DNA of 32,471 nucleotides from Neophaeotheca triangularis (lineage: Eukaryota), in contig BAAIJX010000025.1 of the NCBI GenBank assembly GCA_054600435.1, forward strand, positions 310,001-342,471, written 5' to 3'. Below the pieces are notes generated by a model. That model ran no database searches. It was not told the origin of the DNA and worked only from the letters and a program-made list of their open reading frames with translations. Below, in pieces: positions 1 through 11,752 of this stretch (position 1 is the first letter of the stretch; every line of letters starts with the position of its first letter). The position numbers and the translations under genes are program-made.

Positions 1-426
1 GGATCTTGTCATAACGTTGAAGATACGAGTGACACGCTGTACCACTAAGCCAAGCGGGCAAGGTAATTCTGCAAGCATGCGGGAATACCCGAAACTTTGG
101 GGTTTTTGTATATATATGCAAAATTAAATCTTCGAGCATCATCTTGATCGAGAGGGTGCAATGGAGAATACCACAGAAAGTGGGCTCTCTATGTGTCACT
201 TGAATCTCCAACAAAAACATCCTTGGAAGGCCTGTCATGTTCCTCCCGGCGAGGAGATGCATTTGTGTGCGTCTAGGAAAACCGCAGTATCAGCGCACCC
301 AGTTGCCGTGAGATAGCTCAAGCTCGTACAAGCATACAGAGACGGGCCTTTTCAGCCAGCCGAGGAGGGCACAGCAAAAAGCCACGCCCAGGGAAAGCTG
401 TCAGCCAGGCTATATTGACAAGGTAG

Positions 427-2852
427 CTACTTCATTAAAGAGATGTCCTCAGAGGCCGGGCTAGGAGGCAGCTTCCCAGTGGCCCACACGATCGGCTCAC
501 TCCCAAGCACAAACTCCAACCTCCCTCCATGCTCAAAAACATCCTCCCATGTCACCCACGCCCGATCCCAGTCCTCACCATTGACCTTCAGACTCTGTAC
601 ATAAAACGCCGTCTCCGCATTGCCACCCGTTGAAGTAATATGCAGAGTCTTGCCATCAGCAAGCGCAACTTTCATCTCCTCGAACCAAGGCGACCCGATG
701 AGGAAAGTCGTTTGTCCGGTGATAGGGTACAAGCCGATCATATTCCAGAGAATCCACGTTTGCATTGCGCCCGCGTCGCTATTGCCTGGTAGCCCGGCCC
801 GCCCGGCGCCGAAGAAGCTCTTGGCTGAGTGGCGAGAATGCTTGACTGAGAGGTCCTGACGGCCGGCGAAGTTGAAGAGGTATGGGGTGGTGAACGAGGG
901 CTGGTTGCCCGGGTCGTAGAGCGTCGAGCCGAATCGCTCGTTGTCTTCGTAGATGCCGGGCTCGAAGAACTTTTCCAGTCGTTTTATAAAGGTCTCCCGA
1001 CCGCCCGATAGCTGTATGATCTTGTAGATGTCGTGGTGGGCGTTGAGGGAGTAGCTCCAGGGAGTGTCCTGGTAGAAGGGATCACTCCAGTAACAGCCGC
1101 CGCACTGCAGAGTGTCGTAGGGGTCTTCGAAGCTGCCGTTGGCGTAGCGGGGTGCGACGAAGCCGGTGAAGTTGAGGGATTCTTGTCCGGGGTTCCAGTG
1201 ATTGCGCCAGTTGCGCGATCGGCCGAGGTACCTGGTTGCGTCTTCACTCTTGTTTAGCCCCGTGGCCACTTGGTACAAGCCGAAATCGTTGGCCGAGTAT
1301 TCAATCGCTCGCGAGACTGCACGGTTGAAACGAGGCGTGATGTATCCGTACTCAAGCCAATCCGGAAGAGCACCCCGGCCTTCTTTGGTGGAAGCATCCG
1401 GCGACATGGGGTCGTTGTTGTTCGGCGGAACAACCTCTGCGTTTGTTCTCATGGCGGTGTAACCGTCTTGCCAGTCAATACCGCCTCTGACGCCTTTCAC
1501 GTAGGCATCCGCAAGAACGTTGTCAGCGTTCGAGCCTCCTTGCGTCTTACCATTGAAGTTGGATGATCTTCCGTCAGGCATGAAGCCTTCGTAGCGCCAA
1601 ATGTCGATGAGCGAGCGGATCTGGTCCTCGTACGCGGACGGTTGCAGGACGTGCATGAGGGCTGTAGAGCAACGAAACAGGTCCCACAGGCTATGCCATA
1701 TAGTCAGCGCCACCAGTCGAATTACATGAATTTCAGACTTACACAAAAACGTCGTCGTAATAGGGCTCAGGAGGGTCCCAATGAGGATTTTCGCCGGAAC
1801 GGTTAGACGGGATGATATGCATGCCGTACAGGTACGAATACAGCTGGGTAAGAACCGTTTCGTTCCTCTCGTTTGTTGTAATCTTGCTGAAGACTTCATC
1901 GTTCCACCTATCCTGCGCTCGAGAGACAAGCGTGTCCAAGGTGGTACTCATCGGCATCTCGGACTGCACATAGCCACAGGCCCGTTCGGTGGAGATGAAC
2001 GAGATGCCTACGCGAGAAGTGACGTGAGGGTCTTCGAAAGTAAAAACGCCGCCCTGTCTGTAGGTGCCGTTGGTGGGAGCCGTACCATTGTAGGTATATA
2101 GCGTAGTGCCATTCCCAGCAAAAGTCCTACTGCTTTTAGGGCTCTGGTCAAAATAACCGCAAAAGTAGACCGTCCAATTTGGAGCGATGTTCCAGCCGTT
2201 GTTGTAGACGCCGTAACCCTCATAGTGGCCGTCAACAAGGCGAAGGCTCCCTCCGGCATACTCCTGACTCCATCCGAACCCACGAGATGAGGTTAAGACG
2301 TGGCTTAAATCAACAACCACCGAGTTCTCTCCCTCGGGAAACGAATATATGTACATCGCAGCATGCTCGGTAGCAGCAAGCTCGATGTCAACCCCCGAAA
2401 CCAGGCTCGACTTATAGTACCCAACCTCAGCAGTGTCGTTAACGCTGCGGTTAGTACTCACATCAACCAATGGATTGTCCACAGCCCCCACGACTGGCAT
2501 CTGAGCAATGTGGCCATACTTTGGGGCTCCGCCAGTGCCAGACTCGTGCATCATCGAGTAGCCAAAGACCTGACCCTGGGGCAAGTAGCCGCTATAAGCG
2601 TCTTCATCGCCGCTTCGGACGTCTGGACCAAGCTTGACCATGGAAAAGGGGGCCGGTGTGACGCCCGGGAACATGTTGCCGCCTTCCGTGGTGCCCAGGC
2701 TTGTTGGACGTCAATCTTCAATGATCAGGATCAGGCTGCAGGATCCGCGCGAGCACTTACAATAGGTTGACATAGGGGGTGAAGTCTGTGATGATTTCCG
2801 TGCAACTACTGCTTGCCGTCAGGGCAAGCAGTAGGGTAGCGGCTCCTTTCAT
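427..2852 (-). CDS. Secreted glycoside hydrolase family 92 (alpha-1,2-mannosidase-like), ~770 aa, 3 exons (2852-2761, 2699-1743, 1690-427)
   Basis: ATG 2852 gives a signal peptide (MKGAATLLLALTASSSC). Introns 2760-2700 (GTAAGT..AAG) and 1742-1691 (GTAAGT..GCTGAC..TAG) join YVNLF-LGTTEGGNMFPG and YYDDVFV-LWDLFRC in frame. GH92 motifs: GNMFPG, HESGTGGAPKYG, TQGGSNADNVLADAYVKG, GNQPSF, PGNSDAGAM. Confidence 0.93.
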
Positions 2853-3406
2853 TTTCGAGGAAACCTAGAAGAGAGATGTGCAGATGCAGAGGAGAGATCC
2901 GCCAAATCAGTGGTGAAAAGAAAGGAGTACTTGTACCTTGATCGATGCCTTGCCTTGCCTTGCCCCCTCCGTCCACGTATACCTTTGCTTTCTCAAGATA
3001 TTACATCACGCCTTTGCTGTTCCTACATGGAAGTGGTCCTTGGCCATATGTGTTGCAAGAACTAGCCGCAGGAGACGTCTCGATACCCCTCGTTTTAGGG
3101 TCGTCTATCAGTCAGCGATCTGCGGCGCTATAGCTCGAGGATCCTGGCGGTACCGCCACGAGTACTTCATCTTTGCTGTGATTGGAAGACGCGGCCAGTT
3201 TTGACTTGATATTGATTCCCAGTAGGATCAGATGGCTACGTTGTTGCTCTCTGACATACTTAGCTTTCAAGATAGGTTGCTATATGCAAACAAGCAGTGT
3301 CGAAAACCACATTGATCGAGTCAATTCGTACGGAAAATACACCCACGCCCTCTTCTTACATATAGAATTTACAGTGAATGTGGAGTAATCGAGACGCAGA
3401 CAGCAC

Positions 3407-6400
3407 TCAAACAGCGACCTCAACCTCTCTGCTCCTAACCGGCCGCCCGTACAAGCCAACAACTCCCCTAAACATGTCTCTCACGCTCGGCAGCGCAGAA
3501 CTCTGTCCAACATCAAACAAACCCGCCAACTGCTCCGGGCGCACCACAGGGCGGTCATCTTCGTTGTCACCCTCAAGTAGCATTGTCTCCTTAGCAGGGA
3601 CAGCGTCAGCCATAGCCTCATCGGTGTCGAAAGGTACAATCGCAGCAGCTTCACTTGTCTCGGGCACGGCTGCCATGGGCACGTCTTCAATCATTGCGTA
3701 GGTGGGATCGATGTTCTTGAAGACCAGGCTGTTTGGCTGTAAAGCCCGCACAGTCCCGTCGGAAAACAAGACCACGAACCCCTTCCGCCCCTTGCCGCTC
3801 AAAAGCCCAACGACAGGGTTTTTTGCCTTTATCCGCACCTCGGCGACGCACTTATTACCTTTGGGCGTGTAAAGCCTAATCAAGGCATGCTCATCCGCCG
3901 ACCCGGGCATGAAGACGGCGATAGCTTCGTCGTTGGCATCGATAGCGAGGTGGGTTTCGCCAATTGTGTTGCCGTCACTTTTGGTTCCTCCGAGACGAAT
4001 AGAGGGTGCCAACTCGTCTCGGACTAAGTTGTAGGTGCGGAGGAAGGCTTGGTCGAGGATGATGAGCGATTGACCCAGAAAGGCGAATTGTTTCAGCCCG
4101 GGGCCAGCAACGTTGTGCTTTTGCGCGGTTACGGTGCCGGTAAAAGCGTTGATGAGGTGAATGGAAGGCGGCTCGGAAGAATCCACTGTTGTCTGGGCCG
4201 CCGCAAGCATCGAGCCGTCGCCGGTGAAGGCAAGACAGCCGTAGGTTTTGGCTTCGGCCTTGCTAGGTTGCATGGGGGAGTCGGCGCGGCTTCCCGCTCT
4301 CTCGAGTTCGACACTTTGCTTACAGCGCCATTCGATTAGATCGTTACCTTGCTCATCTTTAAGTGGCACGCCGCTACGGATGCGGATCTTCGGCGTCCAG
4401 AGCTTTACGGTCCCGTCTTCGCCTAGAGTTGCAAAGGCACTGGATGCAGGGCTCGAGACGAGCGCCAGCACTGCACCAGCCCCCCACATCTGACCGCCGA
4501 CACGAGGGTGGGGGGAATCCACACGAGTTGTCAAAGTCCAGAGGCCCATGTCCTCGCTCCAACTCCAGATCTTTAGATGCACTTCCCTGCGCTTTTTACG
4601 CTCTGCCAAGACCGCGGCATCGTTGTCTGCAAGGTACATAACATCTTTTGCCGGAGGCATCCATTCGTCTACGGTGGCGAGCCAACTTCCGTCGTCGCTG
4701 ATGGTGATATGTTGCACGTCTGGAGAGGACAGGGGGTCTCTGTCGGGCCCGACGTTGAAATCGGTGACGTTGTTACGAGTGAATGCCTGTCGCATGATGT
4801 GTCGAGACGTGCCAAGGTCGAAAGTCTGTACAAAAGGCCGGCTTGTAACATTGTTGGATGACTTTGGCTGAGACGACGGGACCGTAAGCAGCAGCTCATT
4901 GGGCTTGGCGGAGTGCAGAGTGGCCGCTGGGCGTGGCATGACGGGCTGCATCGCGTGCTTCGAGTCGCCTGCTTGAGCGACCGGCAATTGCAGGCCAGCC
5001 AGGTTTGCAATCGGTCGCAGCTCGCTCGTGCTTAATACCATGAGGCTGTTGTCTCCCATCTGCAGAGCATATTTGTCACCTGCCATGTTGACGACGATCC
5101 TCTCAATTTCACTAGTCAGATGAGGCAGGAATTGCTGCTTTCCGGTTGCCAGCTGCCAGATGACTAGTACAGTCTCCTTTCCACCCGAAATCAGGTAGTT
5201 ACCGTCCCGAGAGAACTTGACGCTCGATACTGCTTCCCTGTGCCAATGGAGGATCCTCGGTGATGGCAGCTCAGCTTTCGCCTGGAAAAACACAGATAAA
5301 ACGTCTTCGTATAACTGTACATGCCCATGTCTGTTCCCCAAGACGATGCTCAGCTGTTCAGTGGACTTGGCACGTCGGTCGGCCTGAGCGACTTTGGAAA
5401 GACGAGCATCAAAGCAGGTAATGTCAGTGTCGACAGGAAGCTCAGCCCAAACGTATTCGAACTTGTCTGCCGCTTCAAAGTTCCTTTTGCCAAGTACCAA
5501 TCGTGACTTTGAGTAAGAGACAACGTACTCCGCCTTACCAAGAACTTGGATTGACTGCAGAAACCCCTTGATAGTGTGGACCTTTTTACCGCCGGCCGTG
5601 ATGTGCGAACGCTTAACTCCACTAGAGGCATAGACAGTGGTGTCACCAGCTTTGCTTCCCCCATCCACCCAGGCAAGGGCTTTTACGTGGACATCACCCT
5701 TGGAGCTTTTTACTGGAGCTTGATCGTCTTGTGTCCAATTCCAGTCACGCAAGGTACCGTCGCTGTAGGCAACCCTCAAAGTGGCCGAATCATGCGAAGA
5801 ATCACTCTTGTCGAAGGCGATTACCGTGCTGTCGTCGGGGGCTTGAAGAGATCGCACTACGAGGGAGGTGTCTAGGGAGACGACCTGGATTTCTCGAGCG
5901 TTGGCGGTGATTACGAACTCGTTCCCTGCTTGATCTTTTCGAAAGATCGGGTCGTGGTCGAGAAAGCGTCCGGCGGATGCGGGCAGGAGCGTCCACGATT
6001 GATCGAACTCCGTCTTGTTCTCCACTTTCGCCTTGCCGATATGCTTTGAGGTCTTTGGCTTCTTCTCTCTGTCACCCTGCCTCTTCGCAGCCTTCTTTTT
6101 GACATCCCGCTTCTTGGGGGGACGTTCGGCAACGATGGCCTGGCCCTTTACTTGATTCTTTTCCCGCTCTTCCTTCTCCGCTCTCTTCCTCTCCTTCTTT
6201 CGCGCATTCCGCTCGGCTTTCTCTTCGCTTGTCTTGGTAGCGTTACCATCTGCTGCCAGTAATTGTGCGGCCGCAGACTCAGGCTCTGCTTGCTGACTTG
6301 AAGTGGAAGTCCTGCTTTTCTTCCGCTTCTTGGTCGGCTCATCTTGGGGTAGCACGTCGTCCTCGGTTTGCTTTCTCTTATTCTTCGAGATGCGCGCAGG

Positions 6401-6421
6401 AGCGCCACTGATTTCAGCCAT
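3407..6421 (-). CDS. UTP17: WD40-repeat U3 snoRNP / t-UTP subunit Utp17/Nan1 (WDR75 family), ~1004 aa, single exon
   Basis: Family signature LHWHREAVSSVKFSRDGNYLISGGKETVLVIWQLATGKQQFLPHL, multiple WD repeats and a Lys-rich nucleolar-type N-terminus. Start placed at ATG 6421 (MAEISG); the ORF-track extension to 6643 lies in the shared promoter. Confidence 0.88.
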   Translation of the reverse strand: MAEISGAPARISKNKRKQTEDDVLPQDEPTKKRKKSRTSTSSQQAEPESAAAQLLAADGNATKTSEEKAERNARKKERKRAEKEEREKNQVKGQAIVAERPPKKRDVKKKAAKRQGDREKKPKTSKHIGKAKVENKTEFDQSWTLLPASAGRFLDHDPIFRKDQAGNEFVITANAREIQVVSLDTSLVVRSLQAPDDSTVIAFDKSDSSHDSATLRVAYSDGTLRDWNWTQDDQAPVKSSKGDVHVKALAWVDGGSKAGDTTVYASSGVKRSHITAGGKKVHTIKGFLQSIQVLGKAEYVVSYSKSRLVLGKRNFEAADKFEYVWAELPVDTDITCFDARLSKVAQADRRAKSTEQLSIVLGNRHGHVQLYEDVLSVFFQAKAELPSPRILHWHREAVSSVKFSRDGNYLISGGKETVLVIWQLATGKQQFLPHLTSEIERIVVNMAGDKYALQMGDNSLMVLSTSELRPIANLAGLQLPVAQAGDSKHAMQPVMPRPAATLHSAKPNELLLTVPSSQPKSSNNVTSRPFVQTFDLGTSRHIMRQAFTRNNVTDFNVGPDRDPLSSPDVQHITISDDGSWLATVDEWMPPAKDVMYLADNDAAVLAERKKRREVHLKIWSWSEDMGLWTLTTRVDSPHPRVGGQMWGAGAVLALVSSPASSAFATLGEDGTVKLWTPKIRIRSGVPLKDEQGNDLIEWRCKQSVELERAGSRADSPMQPSKAEAKTYGCLAFTGDGSMLAAAQTTVDSSEPPSIHLINAFTGTVTAQKHNVAGPGLKQFAFLGQSLIILDQAFLRTYNLVRDELAPSIRLGGTKSDGNTIGETHLAIDANDEAIAVFMPGSADEHALIRLYTPKGNKCVAEVRIKAKNPVVGLLSGKGRKGFVVLFSDGTVRALQPNSLVFKNIDPTYAMIEDVPMAAVPETSEAAAIVPFDTDEAMADAVPAKETMLLEGDNEDDRPVVRPEQLAGLFDVGQSSALPSVRDMFRGVVGLYGRPVRSREVEVAV

Positions 6422-6703
6422 GTCAGAGGATATGTTGCAATCAAAATATGCCTGTATCAGGTTGTAGAAGCTCACTGTTGGTTTGTCCTCACTTCCGAAC
6501 TTTTTCGGTGGTGAAAGCGGGCCGGTGAGCCTAAAGAGGAAAAGGCCAAGAAGGCATGCAACTTTCCACTCTTGAGCTTTATGCGCCCAACACCACTTGG
6601 GGCACTTCGACCTTTGCGCAAGACACGACTTCATCCTTTGCAATCACATACTGCGACTGCGACCCGCATACTCTCGTGTTTTCGCCATAGGAAAGTCGCC
6701 AAC
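6422..6703. promoter_or_regulatory. Compact bidirectional promoter / 5' UTR region shared by UTP17 and RPB10
   Basis: Only 282 bp separate two divergent start codons (6421 on -, 6704 on +). Confidence 0.7.
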
Positions 6704-7140
6704 ATGATTATCCCCATCCGCTGCTTCTCATGCGGCAAAGTACGCCAACCCCGCCTGTCGACCCTCTACCAGGCAACACTAACGTGTCCTACCTAGGTGA
6801 TTGCCGACCTCTACGAGCGCTACATGGAGCTCGTCGTCGAGCTAGAGGAGGCCGGACAGGACAAAGTTGAGGGGTAAGTGAGGGAACCGGCAACAGCTTC
6901 ATCAAAGTAGAACCCGCACGCGACATGTGCTGACATCAAATCCCCAAGAACCGCCATGGATCACCTCGGCCTCAACCGATACTGCTGTCGCCGCATGGTT
7001 TTGACCCACGTTGATCTCATCGAGAAACTTCTCCGGTACGTCCTCCAGCTGCCGTCTCTAAACCGCCGCGCAACAGAGGTACTGACTTTTCGCGCAGCTA
7101 CAACCCCGCCGAGCGCGATATCGTCCGCACTACACGGTAG
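6704..7140 (+). CDS. RPB10: RNA polymerase I/II/III shared subunit Rpb10 (RPABC5), 80 aa, 4 exons (6704-6739, 6797-6873, 6949-7035, 7098-7140)
   Basis: Spliced product [80 protein letters not shown], with Zn motifs RCFSCGK and RYCCRRM. Introns GTACGC..ACTAAC..TAG, GTAAGT..GCTGAC..AAG and GTACGT..ACTGAC..CAG all keep frame. Confidence 0.96.
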
Positions 7141-8737
7141 AAGATTCAAGAACTGAAAGCGCACGATTTTACTACGAGACACGGAGACTAACTGGACAGC
7201 AAAAATAACGAGGCGCGCGCTCAGCAGGCGGGCGGTCAACAGTAGAGAGGACTAGGGCCGGCGGTTCACACTGTAAGCGCGTGTAGGCGTGAAATCAAGT
7301 ATCGGTACCTCAAGCGAAGGCGTATGGCGTAGACAGGCGCGGGGGAATACCCATCGAAATCAACAAAACCTGCATTTTCGCAGCCGGACAAGGGAAGTCA
7401 GAAGTCCAATTGAAGAGCAAAGCGGAAAGCGATGGAATCACGAAATTTTTGGGGAAAATATCAAAGGCACGGTGCTTGTAAACACAGCATTTTCTGTCGA
7501 GCATTCCTCCCAAGAAACGAGGCGTGGCCGTGTGCTTTCAAGGCGAACAGGAGATTCAAGGGCTACTAGGAAAGATCCATCTTTGCAATGACACTCGGGA
7601 ACCTTGAAGCCACTTCTATGCAACCGTCGTGACGTAGAAAAGCAGCACCGTTTTCCAGCAGAGTCTCAGGGGCCCATGATCATCACGATCAAGCAAGCCA
7701 GCTCTGCCTCGTCTAGTAGCATCGTCTGTGGAATTGCAATCTTCGTAAAGAGGGCGATGTCGCTTGTCTGATGACGGAGTGTCAAACGAGCCAACAATCG
7801 AAGCTAAAATTGGTTATTAACGGGCGAGATCTTCTGCCTAAAATGATACAGGAGCAAGCTACAAGGTCTACAGCGCTTGCAAGTGAAAGCTACGATGCCG
7901 ACCACGACAAGGACTGACAGGTACGTTAGCAGGATTGAGGCGTAGGCGGCCTCAGATCTTGAGATGGAAAAAGGCAGTCTATGGAATAAGTAAGGCCACT
8001 ATCGCAACAGTGTCGTCGTCTCAAACGTCGATGACTGTTAGAGAATCTTCAGACAGAGGGCAGGTCGGTGAAACCTGCCGTAATAATCGCGAGTACCTAA
8101 AAAAGGGTAGCAAGCCTCGTTGAGTCAGCTGCATTATGACCGTAGAGGTGCCGGCAGACAGAGTGTGAGGTAAGGTACTATGTATCTAATGAGCCTGGCC
8201 TGGTGTTCAGGATGAAAAGGTACTGGACGGTACCTACTTATCGATAGCCAGAGTTCTAGAACAGGCTAGCCAGCAGTTTGCACCCAGGCACTGTGCCGCG
8301 CAGCCTTGTAGCAGTGAAGAGATGGAACCCGACCCTGAAATGTGCCGTGCCTACTTTTTTCAAGCATTGAAGGTACCTTACCTACCTACCTATACTTTTA
8401 GCATTAGTTAAGAATAGCAGTTCTACCACTCTCTGCTTTGATGATTTGAACCCGGCATTATCCTACGGTACGATACCTAATCAGTAGTGAGAGGACGACG
8501 GCAAAATGTCCGTCCCGTCCCGTGTATGTGGTGAGTGAGTAGTGAGGTCGTCGTCGCCGCCGCCGCCACCGAGTCGCACCTGTAGCCCCCCCCCCCGGGC
8601 CATCCCGTCCCAGTCCAAAAACGAGGGGCATACGTCATGTTTGTTCGAGACCCTTGCACTTGACGTGCAGTCAACTGCCTGCCCGTCCGTCGCCTTTCCC
8701 TTCTTTGGCCTTGTCGTGCTTGTCTCCAATCTTCAGC

Positions 8738-8760
8738 TCTACCTACCTACCTACCTACCC
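8738..8760 (+). repeat. (CTAC)n tetranucleotide microsatellite upstream of the PTP gene
   Basis: ctacctacctacctacctacc is directly visible; a similar tract lies at 8374-8392. Confidence 0.85.
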
Positions 8761-8982
8761 CTACTTACTACCTTACCTCACTTGCTACTAGCCAAAGTCG
8801 TCACCATGTCCACTACAACCCCCAGCCGAGACGCCTGCTGTTTTTACGGGCGATAGAGCGAGAGTGAAACCACTTTTCGTCACTCCGATCCAGCACACAG
8901 CACAGCACAGCACAACACACGAATATCTTACCCAGCTACCTTACCATCGAATCCCTCACACGGAAATCGCCCACCGTTGAGC

Positions 8983-11752
8983 ATGATTGAGACGGCTACC
9001 TCTCCAGCTGTCCAGCCGCACACTCAACGTCGGTCATCCAAACCCAAGACGCCCTTGACACGACCGCCGACCAGCAATCAAACCATGCCTCCGCTACTAT
9101 CTCCACAAGTCTCCAGCACCACATACAACAAACAACCCAAGCCGGTCACACCTAGTCCCAACTATTTCGACTTTCCCGCGCCAGAGGGTAACGATTCGTA
9201 CACCGACCATGCGAAGCAGAACTGGAGCCCTCCGTCATCGACCGTGCGCTCGACGGCTGCAGCATCGCCATCGGTCGTACCAGCAGATCAGGATCCGCAG
9301 TTTGATGCATTCAGACGGCAGTCGCAGGGTAGCAACAAAACCTTCAGTCTTGGGAGCGGGCTGGGAAACTTCCAGATGAACGCGCCACCAGCTGGCAACA
9401 AGAGCAACGAAAGACCATCGGCGCATAAACAGTCGAGCTCGAAGCATCAAAAGAATGTATCAGAACCGAGGGACATGGCTCGCCCTCCGCATCGAAAGCC
9501 GGACACGTTGGATCCTTCGTCTGCCGAACTAGGGCGGTCGCCTAAGAGGATGCTGTCTTCAGATTCAAGTACCTATGGCGATGTGCCCCGTCGCGGGTCG
9601 CCCGCTAGTTTCAACGGGAAGGAGCCCGGTTGTCAAAAAGTCAGAAGGGATGGATCACCTGACCGTCACCCAAGGACCAATTTGCCCTTGGACAACGTTA
9701 GTACTCCGGCTGGATTCCCCAAGCACAGAGCCGAGACCTTGCCAGGTTCTGGTAGTGATTCGGAAAACTTGATGGTGACCTCGCAGCATGTTGTCAACTT
9801 GTTGGACACGGCCAATGAGCATACTCTCCTCCTCGATCTAAGGGTTTCGACACAATACGCACAATCTCATCTGAACGGTTCGCTGAACTTATGCATACCC
9901 ACAACACTGCTCAAGCGACCTTCATTCAATGTGGCGAAGCTCGCAGATACTTTCAAGGAGGATGACCAGAGGCGAAGGTTTGAGAACTGGAAGAAGAGTC
10001 GTTACATCATTGTGTACGATACCTCATCTGCGCAGATGAAAGACGCGCAAATGTGCATCAATACCATCAAAAAGTTCCAGGGCGAGGGCTATGATGGCCA
10101 ACTTTACATCATCAAGGGCGGATTTCAAGAATTCGCGAAAAGGTTCCCCTCGTACGTCGAGAATGGCGGCGATCTCAATATGTCGGACGCGAGCAGTCCA
10201 GGCGGCCCAAGTAATGGGTCGGAGGGTTCATCGAGGGCGCCACCAGTCATCGGGGGCTGCCCCATGCCTGGGTTGACCGACAAGCCTGCGAACCCATTCT
10301 TCGGAAACATTCGACAAAACATGGACTTAATAGGAGGTGTTGGACAGATGCAGTTGCAACGTCCGGCAAAGGCATCGCAGAAGGTCGAAGAGCACTACCC
10401 GATATGGCTACGCCAGGCGGCGGAGGAGAAAGATCTTGGTAAGAAGGTGTCGACCAGGTTCGAACATATCGAACGACGTGAGAAGAAGCGAATGGAGGAC
10501 GCATTGTCGGGACAGGTCTCTTTTGGCACTCCGAAACCACAGACCGCGAACGAGGCCAAGTCTGCGAAAGAGGGGACTGTTCAGATTGCGGGCATCGAGA
10601 AAGGCACCAAGAACCGCTACAATAACATCTGGCCTTTCGAACACTCACGGGTAAAGCTACAAGGTCTTCCCTCAAGCGACTGCGACTATTTCAATGCCAG
10701 CCATATCAGGGCAGCGTGGAGCAATAAGCGTTATATTTCAACGCAAGCACCTATACCCGCTACTTTCAACGTAAGCCTGCCTCCTTCCATACAATAGTGA
10801 CCGCAACAACACACTAACTCCCCACCAGGATTTTTGGAACGTAGTATGGCAACAAGACGTACGCGTCATCGTCATGCTCACAGCCGAAAAAGAAGGGCCC
10901 CAAGTCAAAGCGCACAATTATTGGTCCGAAAATGAATTCGGACCGCTCAAGCTCGAATACCTATCAGAAAAGCGCGCCTCAATTGAGCCGGCGCGTATCC
11001 AACGCCACAAACGCCGTCCCAGCGCCGCCCGCCGCCCCTCAACCAACCCCAAGGTCCCCTTCGCTCCCCTGGCCCAAGACGAAAAGCCCAGCGAAGAGCA
11101 ACCTTACGTCATCGTGCGCAAATTCACTCTCTCCCACTCCAATCACCCGTGGGAGCGCATGCGCGAAATCACACAGCTACAATACTCGTCGTGGCCCGAT
11201 TTCGGTGCTCCTGCGCACCCGGCGCACCTCCTCGGCCTCGTCGAGCAGTGCGATGCCGTCAATCGTTCCATCACGCACACGCATTATGGCGAGCCCGCGC
11301 CGCCTGAGAGGAGACCTATCATTGTGCACTGCTCCGCCGGCTGTGGGCGTACGGGCACTTTCTGTACTGTCGATAGTGTTATTGATATGCTCAAGCGGCA
11401 AAAGCTGGCGCGCAAGCAGGAGAGGGAGAGGTCGCACACGCCCATGGACATTGACCAGGATGAGGGCAATAAGGGAATATCTTCCAGTTCCCAGAACGGA
11501 ATTGGAGGAGGGGGTGGAGGAGATTTCTTCACTTCCCAGTCTTCGCACGTCGAAGCTTTTGAGGGCGACGTCGAGGGGCCCTGGGTGCACCGCGACGACC
11601 AGGATTTGATCGAGAAGACTGTCGAGGAGTTTAGACACCAGAGGCTCAGCATGGTGCAGAGTCTGCGGCAGTATGTCTTGTGCTATGAGAGTGTTATGGA
11701 GTGGCTGGTTGAGCAGGAGGAGGGTGCCGAGCGCGGTCAGCACACCGAGTGA
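8983..11752 (+). CDS. Rhodanese-domain protein tyrosine phosphatase (Pyp1/Ptp2/Ptp3-like MAPK phosphatase), 2 exons (8983-10770, 10829-11752)
   Basis: Rhodanese-like domain (LLLDLR..YAQSHLNGSLNLCIPTTLLKRPSF), KNRY loop, WPDFG loop, catalytic HCSAGCGRTGT and Q-loop MVQSLRQY. Intron 10771-10828 (GTAAGC..ACTAAC..CAG) joins PATFN-DFWNVVWQQ. Confidence 0.93.

Noticed and set aside
352..429. Stop-codon readthrough after GH92 (TAG CTA)
   Set aside because: The efficient fungal motif is TGA CTA, the extension ends without a PTS1, and the protein is secreted.
6422..6643. 74-aa N-terminal extension of UTP17 in the ORF track
   Set aside because: It occupies the shared promoter and is not protein-like; ATG 6421 is the plausible start.
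7562..7720. 8-bp inverted repeat GCTACTAG/CTAGTAGC ~150 nt apart (possible MITE)
   Set aside because: Too short, with no clear target-site duplication and no second copy in the window.
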